The position numbers and the translations under genes were made by a program. A stretch of 61,726 nucleotides of DNA, the filler included. It is 6 parts of 6 records of this genome, joined end to end, with 100 filler letters (N's around TTAATTAATTAA, not from the genome) between each part and the next. Parts side by side here need not be neighbours in the genome. Positions count along the whole stretch, not along the records: positions 5,691 to 12,147 come from DRR723986_11792; positions 12,248 to 22,338 come from DRR723986_11793; 4 more parts are not named here. One strand, 5' to 3'. Each line of letters opens with the position of its first letter. Position 1 is the stretch's first letter. Positions 9,995-20,878 of this stretch are shown here, one piece after another. The notes below the pieces were generated by a model that saw only the letters and a list, made by a program, of their open reading frames with translations, was not told the DNA's origin and did no database searches.

Positions 9995-10624
9995 ATGCGA
10001 AAAACCAAGTTTTCCATTGCCGCCCTATGCGTTGCCCTGCTTGCCTCGCCTGCTGTCTCAGAGGTCAAAACCTTTGGCAACGCCGTAAGCATGGCAAAAG
10101 TACCCGGTGTTGAATTGACCACCGGTCAGCGCAAGGCGCTCAAGAATTACAGCAGGAAGAAAGCCTATTTTGGCGCGTTTTTTGTGGTCCCCGGCACCGA
10201 CAATTTTTTCTGGACCCGTAATTTTCACAACCTAAACACGGCCAAAGCGGCCGCCAGAAAGGGCTGCGAGATCGTATCAGAGGGAAAAACCTGCAAACTT
10301 TATGCGCTGCTTTACCCCAAAGGCACCGATCCAAACGCAACAAAGCTGGGCGGGCTCAGCCAACGCACAGCCAAGGAATTCAATACCCGATACAAAAAAC
10401 GCCAAAAGAACGGAAAGTTCGGCGCTTTCGCGATCAACGGGGCAAACGGCTATGGCGTGTCTTTTGGCTGGCCCAACGCGGCCGAAGCAAACGAAGCTGC
10501 CAAAGCCTATTGCAACGCTCAAAGCGCAAGGGATCTGGCATCACTTGGCATTGAGGGCCGCAAATGGGCGCAATCCAAGGGGCTGGACAAATGCCGCGTG
10601 ATCGACACCCACGCCCCCGATTGA
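9995..10624 (+). CDS. secreted protein with two DUF4189-like repeats
   Basis: GAGG RBS, signal peptide; YFGAFF...AARKGC...C and FGAFAI...AKAYC...C repeats. Confidence 0.65.
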   Translation: MRKTKFSIAALCVALLASPAVSEVKTFGNAVSMAKVPGVELTTGQRKALKNYSRKKAYFGAFFVVPGTDNFFWTRNFHNLNTAKAAARKGCEIVSEGKTCKLYALLYPKGTDPNATKLGGLSQRTAKEFNTRYKKRQKNGKFGAFAINGANGYGVSFGWPNAAEANEAAKAYCNAQSARDLASLGIEGRKWAQSKGLDKCRVIDTHAPD

Positions 10625-10631
10625 TCAGGCT

Positions 10632-12147
10632 CTAGAACGGCACATCATCGCAACCTGACAAAAAGCGGGACACAACTTTCTTTGTGCCCGCTTTTTCAAA
10701 TTCGACCTCCAGCTTGTCGCCCTCGATCCCGATCACCGCGCCATAGCCGAATTTCTGGTGAAACACCCGTTCGCCCATCGTGAAACTGCTGACCGCGTTC
10801 ATGTCGATCGTAACATTGCGGGTTTCTTTGGGCTGGCTCATGCCCCGTTCCCCGGCCCGCGCCTGCAACCGCCGCCATCCCGGCGAGTTATAGACATTCG
10901 CCTCGGCCGCCTGATCGTGCAGATTGCTGGTCGGCATCGCCGCGCCAAAGCCTCCACCGTAAAGACCCGGAGGCGTCAGCACCTCAACGTGGTCCTCCGG
11001 CAATTCGTCGATAAACCGCGACGGCATGGAACTTTGCCATTGCCCAAACACCCGCCGGTTCGCCGCAAAGGAAATTGTACAAATCGCCTCGGCCCGTGTG
11101 ATGCCCACATAGGCCAGCCGCCGCTCTTCTTCCAATCCCTTGATCCCGCTTTCATCCATCGACCGCTGCGAGGGGAACAAACCATCCTCCCAGCCGGGCA
11201 GGAACACCGCAGGGAACTCCAGCCCCTTGGCCGCATGCAGGGTCATGATCGACACCTTCGCACCGCCGTCATCGCTTTCATTGTCCATGATCAGACTGAC
11301 ATGTTCGAGAAACCCTTGCAGATTCTCGAATTGCTCAAGTGCCTTGACCAGCTCCTTGAGGTTTTCCAGCCGCCCCGGCGCTTCGGGCGTTTTGTCGTTC
11401 TGCCACATGCCGGTATAGCCGCTTTCGTCGAGAATGATCTCGGCCAATTCCACGTGAGACATCGCCTCATCGCCAACCATCCGGCCCCAGCGGTCAATGC
11501 CATCCACCAAAAGACGCAGCTGCGCACCGCCCTTGCCGCCCAGCCCGTCATGGGCCAGCAAGATACGCGCCCCTTCCACAAGGTTGGTGCCATGTTCACG
11601 GGCCGTCACCTGAATCTTCTGCTGCGCCTTGTCACCAAGCCCGCGCTTGGGCGTGTTCACAATCCGCTCAAAGGCCAGATCGTCGTCAGGGCTGGTCACA
11701 ACGCGGAAATAGGCCATCGCGTCGCGAATTTCCAAACGTTCATAAAATCGCGGCCCGCCAATCACCCGATAGGGCAATCCAATGGTCAAAAACCGGTCCT
11801 CAAAGGCGCGCATCTGATGGCTGGCCCGCACCAGAATCGCCATATGATCCAGGCTGATCGCGTCCTGCCCGCGGGTGCCGCGCTGCATCGCTTCGATCTC
11901 CTCCCCGATCCAGCGGGCCTCTTCCTCACCGTCCCAATGACCAATCAGGCGCACCTTCTCGCCGTCCTCGGCCTCGGTCCATAAGGTCTTGCCCAGACGC
12001 CCCTCATTGCCCGCAATCACGCCAGAGGCAGCGGCAAGGATATGCGGGGTGGAGCGATAATTCTGCTCCAGCTTGACCACATGCGCACCGGGAAAATCCG
12101 TCTCAAACCGCAGGATATTGCCCACCTCGGCCCCGCGCCAGCCATAG
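10632..12147 (-). CDS. uvrD: UvrD/PcrA helicase (5' truncated)
   Basis: LEQNYRST, MTLHAAKGLEF, EEERRLAYVGITRA and C-terminal Tudor-like RVFHQKFGYG. Confidence 0.95.
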
Positions 12148-12247
12148 NNNNNNNNNNNNNNNNNNNNNNNNNNNNNNNNNNNNNNNNNNNNTTAATTAAT
12201 TAANNNNNNNNNNNNNNNNNNNNNNNNNNNNNNNNNNNNNNNNNNNN
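12148..12247. other. artificial contig linker
   Basis: N-TTAATTAATTAA-N. Confidence 0.99.
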
Positions 12248-12694
12248 CATCTTGTTGCAGAAGGTCAGGATCGGCAGATCGCGCAGGCGGCAGACCTCAA
12301 AGAGTTTCTGTGTCTGGCTTTCCACCCCCTTGGCCCCGTCGATCACCATGATCGCGGCGTCAACGGCTGTCAGCGTCCGGTACGTGTCTTCGGAAAAGTC
12401 CGAGTGGCCTGGCGTGTCCACCAGATTGAAGCGGTATTTGCCGAAGTCGAAGGACATGGCAGAGGCCGAGACGGAAATGCCCCGATCCTTTTCCATCTGC
12501 ATGAAGTCCGACCGCGTGCGCCGTGCCTCACCCTTGGCGCGCACTTGCCCTGCCATCTGGATGGCACCGCCATACAACAGGAACTTTTCCGTCAGCGTCG
12601 TCTTGCCAGCGTCGGGATGCGAGATGATCGCAAAGGTCCGGCGGCGGGCGATTTCGGGCGGAAGCTCGGGGCGGTTGGTGGGCGTGTCCAGCAT
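12248..12694 (-). CDS. prfC: peptide chain release factor 3 (3' truncated)
   Basis: [21 protein letters not shown] and [16 protein letters not shown]. Confidence 0.96.
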
Positions 12695-12743
12695 GGCCGC
12701 GCGTATAGGCGCAGCCATGCGGATTGGCAAGGAAATCCGGGGG

Positions 12744-13580
12744 TCAGGCCGGTCGCGCGATCAGCACGTCGCATAGCGGCTGGCGCAAGAGATCGGTGGC
12801 CACGCTGCCCAACAGGGCACGGCCCTGACCCACCCGGCCATGCGCCCCTGCAGTGATCAGGCTGGCCCCGGTGCCAGCCAGTTGTTCGGACAGCACTTGT
12901 GTGACGCTGCCCGGCGCGATGACGGTCGGACCACAGGCATCGGGCAAGGTGGTTGCATCGCGCCAGCGGGTATCATCCTCGGTCGCCTCCAGACGGAAAC
13001 TGGCAGTCACGTCGTCGATGCCTTGACCGCTATAGGTCATCAGGCCCGAATACGGCACGTGGAAGGCGTGAACCGGGGTGATCGGCGCGCTCGGGGCCAG
13101 GTGATGGGCCAGCGAAATCGCGGCGGTGGATGCGGGCGAGAAATCGGTTGCGGCCAGCACGTGGTCATAGGCGTGGTCCACCCGATCCGCGACCATCAGA
13201 ACCGGGCAGCCGGACAGGCGGACGATCCGCTGCGCCGTGGTTTCGCGCAACGCGTCCAGAAAGGGCCGTGCCCGGTGTGCGCCAAGGATCAGCAGGGCAG
13301 GCGATTGCTTGGCCACAAGCGCCAGAATGTCCGCCGTCGGATCCCCCACCTCCACGCGAATATCGAAGGACACCTTGTCCGAAAGGCTGGCGGTGAACCG
13401 ATCCAGCGCGGTTCGCGCCGCGTCACGTGCGGTTTCGACAATTTCCAGCGGCGCGGCATCATCGACCACATGGCTGACAATAACGCGTGCATCATGTCGC
13501 TCTGCCAGCCAGACGGCCCGGCGAATGGCCAGATCGCTGCGCGGGGACAGGTCGGTTGCAACGACATAGGTTTCGGTCAT
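12744..13580 (-). CDS. universal stress protein with two USP domains
   Basis: [10 protein letters not shown] and [10 protein letters not shown] repeats; [16 protein letters not shown]. Confidence 0.92.
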   Translation of the reverse strand: MTETYVVATDLSPRSDLAIRRAVWLAERHDARVIVSHVVDDAAPLEIVETARDAARTALDRFTASLSDKVSFDIRVEVGDPTADILALVAKQSPALLILGAHRARPFLDALRETTAQRIVRLSGCPVLMVADRVDHAYDHVLAATDFSPASTAAISLAHHLAPSAPITPVHAFHVPYSGLMTYSGQGIDDVTASFRLEATEDDTRWRDATTLPDACGPTVIAPGSVTQVLSEQLAGTGASLITAGAHGRVGQGRALLGSVATDLLRQPLCDVLIARPA

Positions 13581-13712
13581 GGACACTCTCCTCATCCTCT
13601 CCTTAAATTTATGTGGGTGTCGATCGTGACGCTTGCAATATTGCCGGGACGCAATGACGCGCTATTTCCAATACTACCGATCAAAGAACACATGCAGCGG
13701 GATATGGGCGAT

Positions 13713-14450
13713 ATGAAGGTACTTGTTCTGGGCAGTGGCCCCGATGCGATTGAGGTCAAGAACTGGGATATCAGCCGGTTCGACGCAGTCGTCGCGATCA
13801 ACAACGCATGGCGCCTGCACCCGGACTGGACGCATCTTATCCACCCCGAGGATTTCCCCGCCGATCGCCGCCCCGCCCAGGTTTCACCCGGACAGCAGGT
13901 GATCACCGCCGAAGACTATGTGCCCTGTCAGAACCGGTTCGGCGGCTTCGTCTATGCCGGGGGTACGATGGCCTTTACGGCAGGTTACTGGGCGCTTGCG
14001 GCGCTCAAGCCCGATTCAATCGCCTTTCTGGGCTGCGACATGGAGTACCCGGCTACAGGCCAGACGCATTTCTACGGTCAGGGTACGGCAGATCCCTTGC
14101 GTGCGGATGTGACCTTGCAAAGCCTCGAAGCCAAATCGGCCCGGCTGATGCTGATGGCGGCGCAGATGGGATGCCGGTGTGTCAACCTGTCCTCCGCGCC
14201 CCGATCACGGCTTGTGTTGCCGCGCGTGACGCTGGAGGCGCTCGATCACTTGCCGCCGGCCAGTTCGCCGGCCAACCTTGCGGATTTCCAAGAAGCCAGG
14301 ATGCGCGAGGATGAACTGGCATATTTCGTTCCATCGGGCGCCTACTGGAAAGAACAGGACCGGTTCGATCCTCATGCCCTGGCGGCGCTGGACCAGCTGT
14401 GGCTGGCAGCCCTGGCCGAGCACGCAGGCCCGAGGATTCGCGCAGCCTAG
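13713..14450 (+). CDS. hypothetical protein, glycosyltransferase-like Rossmann fold (Maf/GT29-like)
   Basis: VLVLGSGP...INNAW...IAFLGCDM...HFYG; the 536-aa ORF in the track is over-extended across the USP gene; start could be 13692. Confidence 0.6.
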   Translation: MKVLVLGSGPDAIEVKNWDISRFDAVVAINNAWRLHPDWTHLIHPEDFPADRRPAQVSPGQQVITAEDYVPCQNRFGGFVYAGGTMAFTAGYWALAALKPDSIAFLGCDMEYPATGQTHFYGQGTADPLRADVTLQSLEAKSARLMLMAAQMGCRCVNLSSAPRSRLVLPRVTLEALDHLPPASSPANLADFQEARMREDELAYFVPSGAYWKEQDRFDPHALAALDQLWLAALAEHAGPRIRAA

Positions 14451-15445
14451 TCGGGTTTGCCCCGGCTGGCGCGGGTCAGGCGCTCGGCGGGGTCTTCGGC
14501 CGATTGCAGCGCCTCTTTATCCACCTCGATGTCGGATGCCAGCAGCCGGTCCGCGTTGTTTTGCTCGGTTTCCACCTCGTCCGGCAAGGCGGCGCGTGTC
14601 TGCGGCGTGACCAGCAGGCTTTCAACCGCCACACCTTCGGCATAGATGATTTCATGGGCGCCGAAGAGGATCTGATAGCTTTCGATAAAGCCGCCCTCTT
14701 CCCGCCGCACCGTATCGTCATTGACCAGATGCGCAGCCTTGACCAGAACCTCGGCCCGGCCTGTTCCCAGTTCGTCGCTGCGTTGCCAGATGAACATCCG
14801 GTGATGCGGAAACAGCCTCAGGTCGTTGGCCACGTTGAGCGTACCCTGCCGGATGCGGATCGGGGCCAGCGCCCCGGTGGCCCGCTGCACCTGTTGACCG
14901 ATCCAACGCACCTCTTGCGGGCCGTGATCGCGGGTGAGCAAGCGATCACCGGCGTGAAGTTCCTCTACCGGCACCTGACGGCCATTGGCCATGGTCAGCC
15001 GCGTCCCGGCGATGAAACTGACGCTGGCAATATCAGCCAGCCTTTGCGCGGCAAGTGCCGGTTCCGACGCGACGATTTCATATTCGCCGCGCGTGGCCAT
15101 CGGCGCCAGTGGCAGGAAAAAGCGCGCGGTGTCTTCGTCGCCCGAGATCGTCAGCACCAGCAGTTCCACGAAGGTGCCATCAGGGGCCATCATGCTGTGG
15201 CACACCTCCAGCAAGACCCTGTCGCCGGGACGGCCGACCTCCGATCCATCCGCGACTTCGGTGCCCGCAGGCCCGTCCCAGATCGACAGCGCCCGAGTTT
15301 GGGCGTCGCGGGACAACCGATAGCTGTCACCCGCCACGACGTCCTGAGCCCCGCCAATCGGGTCACCCTCATTCGCGCCCCAATGCACGATCAGTTCGCT
15401 GGCGGTATAGGTCGGGAAACTGAACTGAGCGGTACGACGGGGCAT
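14447..15445 (-). CDS. Hint_2 (bacterial intein-like) domain protein
   Basis: SFIAGTRLTMANGRQVPVEELHAGDRLLTRDHGPQEVRWIG ... HEIIYAEGVAVESL. Confidence 0.88.
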   Translation of the reverse strand: MPRRTAQFSFPTYTASELIVHWGANEGDPIGGAQDVVAGDSYRLSRDAQTRALSIWDGPAGTEVADGSEVGRPGDRVLLEVCHSMMAPDGTFVELLVLTISGDEDTARFFLPLAPMATRGEYEIVASEPALAAQRLADIASVSFIAGTRLTMANGRQVPVEELHAGDRLLTRDHGPQEVRWIGQQVQRATGALAPIRIRQGTLNVANDLRLFPHHRMFIWQRSDELGTGRAEVLVKAAHLVNDDTVRREEGGFIESYQILFGAHEIIYAEGVAVESLLVTPQTRAALPDEVETEQNNADRLLASDIEVDKEALQSAEDPAERLTRASRGKPD

Positions 15446-15571
15446 GGGCACTCCTTTGCATAATGGCTAGTGCCGGTTGGGTCGAAGCGTCAAGCGGACA
15501 GAAGGTGGCAGGGCCTGCATCAGCATGGTAAGGCACTGGTTAACGAAACATGAACAGCGGGGAACAGGATC

Positions 15572-16351
15572 ATGGATCTGGGAATTTCAGGTAAACGGGC
15601 CTTGGTCTGCGCTTCATCCAAGGGGCTTGGGCGCGGTTGCGCCGAGATGCTTGCGGCCAATGGCGTCGATCTGATCATGAACGCGCGCGGAGCCGAGGCG
15701 CTGGAACAGGCAGCCACAGACATTCGCACCGCCCATGGCGTCGAGGTTGTGACCGTTGCCGCCGACATCACCACCGAGGCGGGTCGCACCGAGGTTCTGA
15801 AGGCTGCTGGCGATGTCGATATCCTCATCAATAACGCAGGTGGCCCGCCGCCGGGCAGCTGGCAGGATTGGGAGAGGGAAGATTTCATCAAGGCGCTCGA
15901 TGGCAATATGCTGACCCCGATCGCGCTGATGAAGGCACTGATGCCCGGCATGATGGACCGTGGATGGGGCAGGGTGGTTAACATCACCTCGCAATCCGTG
16001 AAAGCGCCGATTGCGGTTCTGGGACTGTCGAACTCGGCCCGGGCCGGGTTGACGGGCTACGTAGCGGGCACCTCGCGGCAGGTCGCTGGCAAAGGGGTGA
16101 TCATCAACAATCTTTTGCCGGGCATCCATGCCACGGACCGGGCGGTATCCCTTGATACGGCCGCAGCCGCACAGTCTGGCATCTCTCTGGAGGAGGCCAT
16201 GGATCGCCGCGCCGCCACCATTCCAGCAGGGCGCTACGGCACGGCCGAGGAATTCGGCGCAACCTGCGCGTTCCTGTGCTCTCAATATGCGGGCTATATG
16301 GTCGGGCAGAACATCCTTCTGGACGGCGGCGCGATGAATTCGACGCTGTAG
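15572..16351 (+). CDS. SDR family oxidoreductase
   Basis: ASSKGLG, INNAGGPPPG and SNSARAGL motifs. Confidence 0.92.
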   Translation: MDLGISGKRALVCASSKGLGRGCAEMLAANGVDLIMNARGAEALEQAATDIRTAHGVEVVTVAADITTEAGRTEVLKAAGDVDILINNAGGPPPGSWQDWEREDFIKALDGNMLTPIALMKALMPGMMDRGWGRVVNITSQSVKAPIAVLGLSNSARAGLTGYVAGTSRQVAGKGVIINNLLPGIHATDRAVSLDTAAAAQSGISLEEAMDRRAATIPAGRYGTAEEFGATCAFLCSQYAGYMVGQNILLDGGAMNSTL

Positions 16352-16894
16352 CACCCGCCATTTTGCACCACCTGGGGGGTAGGAGGCGTCAGACTCGCCC
16401 CCCAACACACTGATTTTCTGAAACTTTACTCCGAAAGAACAGGGCAATTGCCCTGCTTTTTCCGTTGAAAACAAGGGCTGTGTTTCTGAATGCGGCCGGG
16501 CGCATCTGGTCGGCATTTCGCACGTGGTCAGAATTGACTCAAAAACCTGCGTATCAGGAAGGTAGGGACGCGGATCACCGGTTGAATCCGTCGCGTTTCG
16601 AGTGAATTTGTTGGTTTCTCGATTCTAGATTCTCAGACTCCTGAGAACATGGAGAATGAGTTGTTCCATGATTGATTCCAGAAACACAATTTCTATCCCC
16701 AGATAGGACAAAAACAACGCCCTGACGTGCAGTACATGACACAGGAGGAAAAGATATTTGATCATATCTTACGTTTCAGCAGCAAACCCCTTGGCTAGCA
16801 GCTGTTTTACCGTCAGTTCCGGCATTTGCGCGTTGAAACCATGGCCCAAAGCAAGCTGGGCGCCGCGTCGGCGCATATCCGAGTATCGTTAGCT

Positions 16895-16903
16895 TGTGGA
16901 TAA
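16895..16903 (-). promoter_or_regulatory. consensus DnaA box within a GANTC-rich intergenic region
   Basis: TGTGGATAA, the reverse complement of TTATCCACA. Confidence 0.5.
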
Positions 16904-17090
16904 CCCTGTGAATTGAATTGATTCAAAGCATTATTCCAGATGGATATCACCGAATGCTGAGAACTTACCTTAACCACTCTGCCAGCCCAAATGATGGATC
17001 AGGCATGACCAGGCGCGTCAGACGAGTGCTTGAAACATGAATGCGGGGCTGATAGCTGCAAAGCCCGAGACAATTGATCGGAATTGCCCC

Positions 17091-18167
17091 GTGCAGCAGC
17101 CCCCCAGACTTGCCGTTCAGAACCTGACCTGCGCCTTCGCGGGTCGGCAGGTTCTGCGCGATGTTTCCCTCAGCGTCGCACCGGGCGAAGTGATGTGCCT
17201 GCTCGGGCCATCGGGATGTGGCAAGACGACGACGCTTCGTGTGATCGCAGGTATCGAACGCCAAAGTGCGGGCACCGTGTCGGTTGATGGCCGGGTCTTG
17301 GCCGATGGCAATCTGCAATTGCCCCCCGAAGCGCGTGGAGTGGGGCTGATCTTCCAGGATTTCGCGCTTTTTCCCCATCTCAGCGTGTCGCAGAACATCG
17401 CTTTTGGCCTGACCGGCACCAAGGCCGATAAGGCCAAGCGCGTGGACGAGTTGCTGACGCGCGTCGATCTGAAAGGCTACGGCGACAAGGCCCCGCATAT
17501 GCTGTCAGGCGGTGAACAGCAGCGCGTGGCGCTGGCCCGCGCCCTGGCCCCGCGTCCCGGTGTGATGCTGATGGACGAACCGTTCTCGGGCCTCGACAAT
17601 CGCTTGCGCGACGGCATCCGTGACGAAACGCTGGAATTGCTCAAGGAAGAAGGCACCGCTGTCGTTCTGGTCACCCATGAACCGGAAGAGGCGATGCGCA
17701 TGGCCGATCAGATCGCGTTGATGCGGGGGGGGCGGATCGTTCAGCAAGGTGCGCCGTACAACATCTACAACGCGCCCGCAGACCGGGATGCAGCGGCGTT
17801 CTTCTCGGATATCAATGTGATAACCGGCACCGTTCAGGGCGCGCTGACCGACAGCGCCTTCGGTCAGTTTCTTGCACCGGGCCATCCCGATGGAACAGAG
17901 GTGGAAATCATTTTCCGTCCGCAGCACGTGAAAATCGACTTCGATCGGGGCGGGCGGGGTCCGAACCCGACGCCTCTGGATGGCGCGCCTGCGCGCGGTG
18001 TTGTCGAACGGGCCCGCTTCATGGGCCATGAGTCGCTTGTGGAATTCCGTATGGATTTCAACAACCAGATCCTCAAGGCCACGGTCCCCGCGGTCTTCTT
18101 GCCCAAACCCGGAATGGCGCTTTGGTTGACGATCCGGCGCGACCGCTGCTTCGTTTTTGCCAGATGA
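17091..18167 (+). CDS. ABC transporter ATP-binding protein (Fe3+/polyamine type, TOBE domain)
   Basis: GPSGCGKTT, LSGGEQQRVALARAL, MDEPFSGLD; GTG 17091 or ATG 17037 start. Confidence 0.92.
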   Translation: MQQPPRLAVQNLTCAFAGRQVLRDVSLSVAPGEVMCLLGPSGCGKTTTLRVIAGIERQSAGTVSVDGRVLADGNLQLPPEARGVGLIFQDFALFPHLSVSQNIAFGLTGTKADKAKRVDELLTRVDLKGYGDKAPHMLSGGEQQRVALARALAPRPGVMLMDEPFSGLDNRLRDGIRDETLELLKEEGTAVVLVTHEPEEAMRMADQIALMRGGRIVQQGAPYNIYNAPADRDAAAFFSDINVITGTVQGALTDSAFGQFLAPGHPDGTEVEIIFRPQHVKIDFDRGGRGPNPTPLDGAPARGVVERARFMGHESLVEFRMDFNNQILKATVPAVFLPKPGMALWLTIRRDRCFVFAR

Positions 18168-18310
18168 TCTGTAACCGCACTGCGGATTTTGACCGTTTTT
18201 CGCCTGCCTGTGACAGATTGGGGCTTTGATCCCGCCCACAGAATCCATAGGTATATGCGGTGACACTCACGGAGGCGGGCCACAATCCGCCCCGGACAAG
18301 GGAGACTGAC

Positions 18311-18535
18311 ATGCTCAACAATATTGGCCTGCCGGGCCTTCTGCTTATCGCGGTTGTTGTCCTCGTGCTGTTTGGCCGGGGCAAGATCGCGGGCCTTATG
18401 GGCGAAGTGGGCAAAGGCATCACCGCGTTCAAGCGTGGCGTCCGCGACGGCACCGAGGAAATCGAGAACGCGGCCAATGACGCTGGCGACGAAGCCCGCG
18501 ACGTGACCCCCGAACGCGATCGTGAAAACGCCTGA
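18311..18535 (+). CDS. tatA: twin-arginine translocase TatA
   Basis: [21 protein letters not shown]...GKGITAFK. Confidence 0.95.
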   Translation: MLNNIGLPGLLLIAVVVLVLFGRGKIAGLMGEVGKGITAFKRGVRDGTEEIENAANDAGDEARDVTPERDRENA

Positions 18536-18576
18536 TCCCTCGCATGGGGTCGGCAAAGTCGGGCTGAGGGGCTGCC

Positions 18577-19083
18577 ATGTTTGACATCGGCATGTGGGAA
18601 CTGATGGTTGTGGGCATCGTGGCGTTGATCGTCGTGGGCCCCAAGGATCTTCCCAAGATGTTCAGAACGCTCGGTCAGGTGACCGGGCGCATTCGGGGGA
18701 TGGCACGAGAGTTCCAGACCACGATGAACGCTGCGGCCAGCGAAACGGGCCTCGACGAGCTTTCGAAGGATCTCAAGAAGGCGACCGACATTACCCGTGA
18801 TCTGCGCAAGGTGACCAGCCCCCGCAAGATGGGGATGGAAGCAGTCAAGCGGGCTGCCGGCTCGGCGCTCGACGGGGATGACAAGGAAGAGGCCGACCGG
18901 CCTTTGACCGAAACCGAGAAGCTGGCGCAGCAGCGCCACAAGGATGCGGAAGAGCGCGTCGCAGCCGCCAAGACCCGGGCCGCCGCCCGTAACAACGCGG
19001 CAGAGGCTGCGCAAGACGTGGCAGCCGTTGCCGAAGACGATCTGCCGCCGCCAGAGCCCCGTACCGGAACCGCCGACACATGA
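18577..19083 (+). CDS. tatB: TatB
   Basis: MFDIGMWELMVVGIVALIVVGPKDLP. Confidence 0.96.
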   Translation: MFDIGMWELMVVGIVALIVVGPKDLPKMFRTLGQVTGRIRGMAREFQTTMNAAASETGLDELSKDLKKATDITRDLRKVTSPRKMGMEAVKRAAGSALDGDDKEEADRPLTETEKLAQQRHKDAEERVAAAKTRAAARNNAAEAAQDVAAVAEDDLPPPEPRTGTADT

Positions 19084-19985
19084 AAAAAGACGAGATCGAA
19101 GACAGCTCCGCGCCGCTGATCGAGCATCTGGCAGAGCTTCGGACCCGCCTGATCTGGTCAGTGCTGGCCTTCGTCATCGGCATGGTGGCCTGTTTCACCG
19201 TGGCCGAGACGATTCTGGAGTTCCTGTTCCAGCCCATCAGAACCATCCTGCTGGAACGGGGCGAAGACCCCCGGCTGATCTTCACCGCTCCGCAGGAAAA
19301 ATTCTTCACCCTCATCCGCGTATCGGTGGTGGTGGGCTTCGGTCTGGCGTTCCCGGTGATTGCCTACCAGATGTGGCGCTTCGTGGCTCCGGGGCTATAC
19401 AAGACGGAAAAGAACGCCTTCCTGCCTTTTCTGGTCGCCTCGCCGCTGCTGTTCCTTGCAGGCGCGGCTTTCGCTCATTTCGTGGTGACGCCGCTGGCGA
19501 TGCGCTTTTTCATTGGCTTTTCCGACGTGATCCCGGCACTGACCTCGCTGATCACCGGCATGGAATCCGGGGTTGAACCCGGCTCGAACGAAGAGTTGCA
19601 GACCATCTTCCTGGGCTCGGTCAAGGAATCGCTGGATCTGGAATTGAAGTTCATCTTCGCCTTCGGAATCTGCTTCCAACTGCCCGTCCTTCTGACCCTG
19701 ATGGGCAAGGCGGGACTGGTGTCGGCCGAGGGGCTCGGCAACGTTCGCAAATACGCGGTTGTGGGCATTCTGGTGCTGGCCGCACTGGTGACGCCACCCG
19801 ATGTGATCACCCAGTTGATCCTGTTTGTGGTGGTCTATGGCCTGTACGAGATTTCGATCCAACTGGTCAGACTGGTGGAACGCAAGCGCGAGAAAGAACT
19901 GCGCGCGGAAGGCTACTATGACGACGAAGATGACGCCGCCGCAGAAGACGCGCCCGAGGCCGAGGCCGAGGACAGCGCGAAATGA
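19080..19985 (+). CDS. tatC: TatC
   Basis: PLIEHLAELRTRL, WRFVAPGLY and TPPDVITQ. Confidence 0.96.
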   Translation: MKKDEIEDSSAPLIEHLAELRTRLIWSVLAFVIGMVACFTVAETILEFLFQPIRTILLERGEDPRLIFTAPQEKFFTLIRVSVVVGFGLAFPVIAYQMWRFVAPGLYKTEKNAFLPFLVASPLLFLAGAAFAHFVVTPLAMRFFIGFSDVIPALTSLITGMESGVEPGSNEELQTIFLGSVKESLDLELKFIFAFGICFQLPVLLTLMGKAGLVSAEGLGNVRKYAVVGILVLAALVTPPDVITQLILFVVVYGLYEISIQLVRLVERKREKELRAEGYYDDEDDAAAEDAPEAEAEDSAK

Positions 19986-20824
19986 CAGGTGACGGCGACC
20001 TGAAACGGATCGCCGAGGCGCTGGAACGATTGCGCCCGGCCCCCGCTGCGGCACCTGAATGGGATGCGGCCACGGCGTTTGTCTGGCACGTGGATCCTGA
20101 CCGGCTGGACCCGGTCGAAAGGATCAACCGGGTGGACCTGTCCTTGCTTCTGGGCATCAACCGGTCACGCGATACGTTGATGGAAAACACCCGCCAGTTC
20201 GCCAAGGGTCTGCCCGCGAACAACGCCCTTTTGTGGGGATCGCGCGGGATGGGAAAATCCTCTCTCGTCAAGGCGGTGCATGGCGCGGTTGAAGCGGATT
20301 GCCCGGATCTGAAACTGGTCGAAGTGCAGCGCGAAGATCTGCCCTCGATCGGGCGGCTGCTGAGCATTCTTCGCAAGGCACCTGTGCGGATCATCCTCTT
20401 TTGCGATGACCTCAGCTTCAGCCATGATGACCAGCACTACAAATCTCTGAAGGCTGTGCTGGATGGCGGCGTCGAAGGGCGGCCCGACAATGTGATTTTC
20501 TACGCCACGTCGAACCGTCGCCACCTCATGCCGCGAGACATGATTGAGAATGAACGCTCCAGCGCCATCAACCCGTCCGAAGCGGTGGAGGAAAAGGTTT
20601 CGCTGTCGGATCGCTTCGGTCTCTGGCTTGGGTTCCACCCTTGCGATCAGGATGCTTATCTGGCGATGATCCGGGGCTATTGCGACGCCTATGGCGTGCA
20701 GATCGACGATCCCACAATGCGGGCAGAGGCCATCGAATGGCAGGCAACGCGCGGTGCGCGGTCAGGCCGGGTGGCGTGGCAGTTTTTTACCGATCTGGCC
20801 GGACGTCAGGGTGTGAAGATCTGA
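19982..20824 (+). CDS. DUF815 family AAA ATPase
   Basis: ANNALLWGSRGMGKSS, FCDDLSF, YATSNRRHL, EEKVSLSDRFGL, RSGRVAWQF. Confidence 0.9.
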   Translation: MTGDGDLKRIAEALERLRPAPAAAPEWDAATAFVWHVDPDRLDPVERINRVDLSLLLGINRSRDTLMENTRQFAKGLPANNALLWGSRGMGKSSLVKAVHGAVEADCPDLKLVEVQREDLPSIGRLLSILRKAPVRIILFCDDLSFSHDDQHYKSLKAVLDGGVEGRPDNVIFYATSNRRHLMPRDMIENERSSAINPSEAVEEKVSLSDRFGLWLGFHPCDQDAYLAMIRGYCDAYGVQIDDPTMRAEAIEWQATRGARSGRVAWQFFTDLAGRQGVKI

Positions 20825-20878
20825 CGCCAAATCCTTGTACGAGAAAGGAAAAGGGCGCTCGGCGGGCGCCCGTTTTCA

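Noticed and set aside
12840-13712. N-terminal 290 aa of the 536-aa ORF
   Set aside because: Antisense shadow of the USP gene; the real gene starts near 13692-13713
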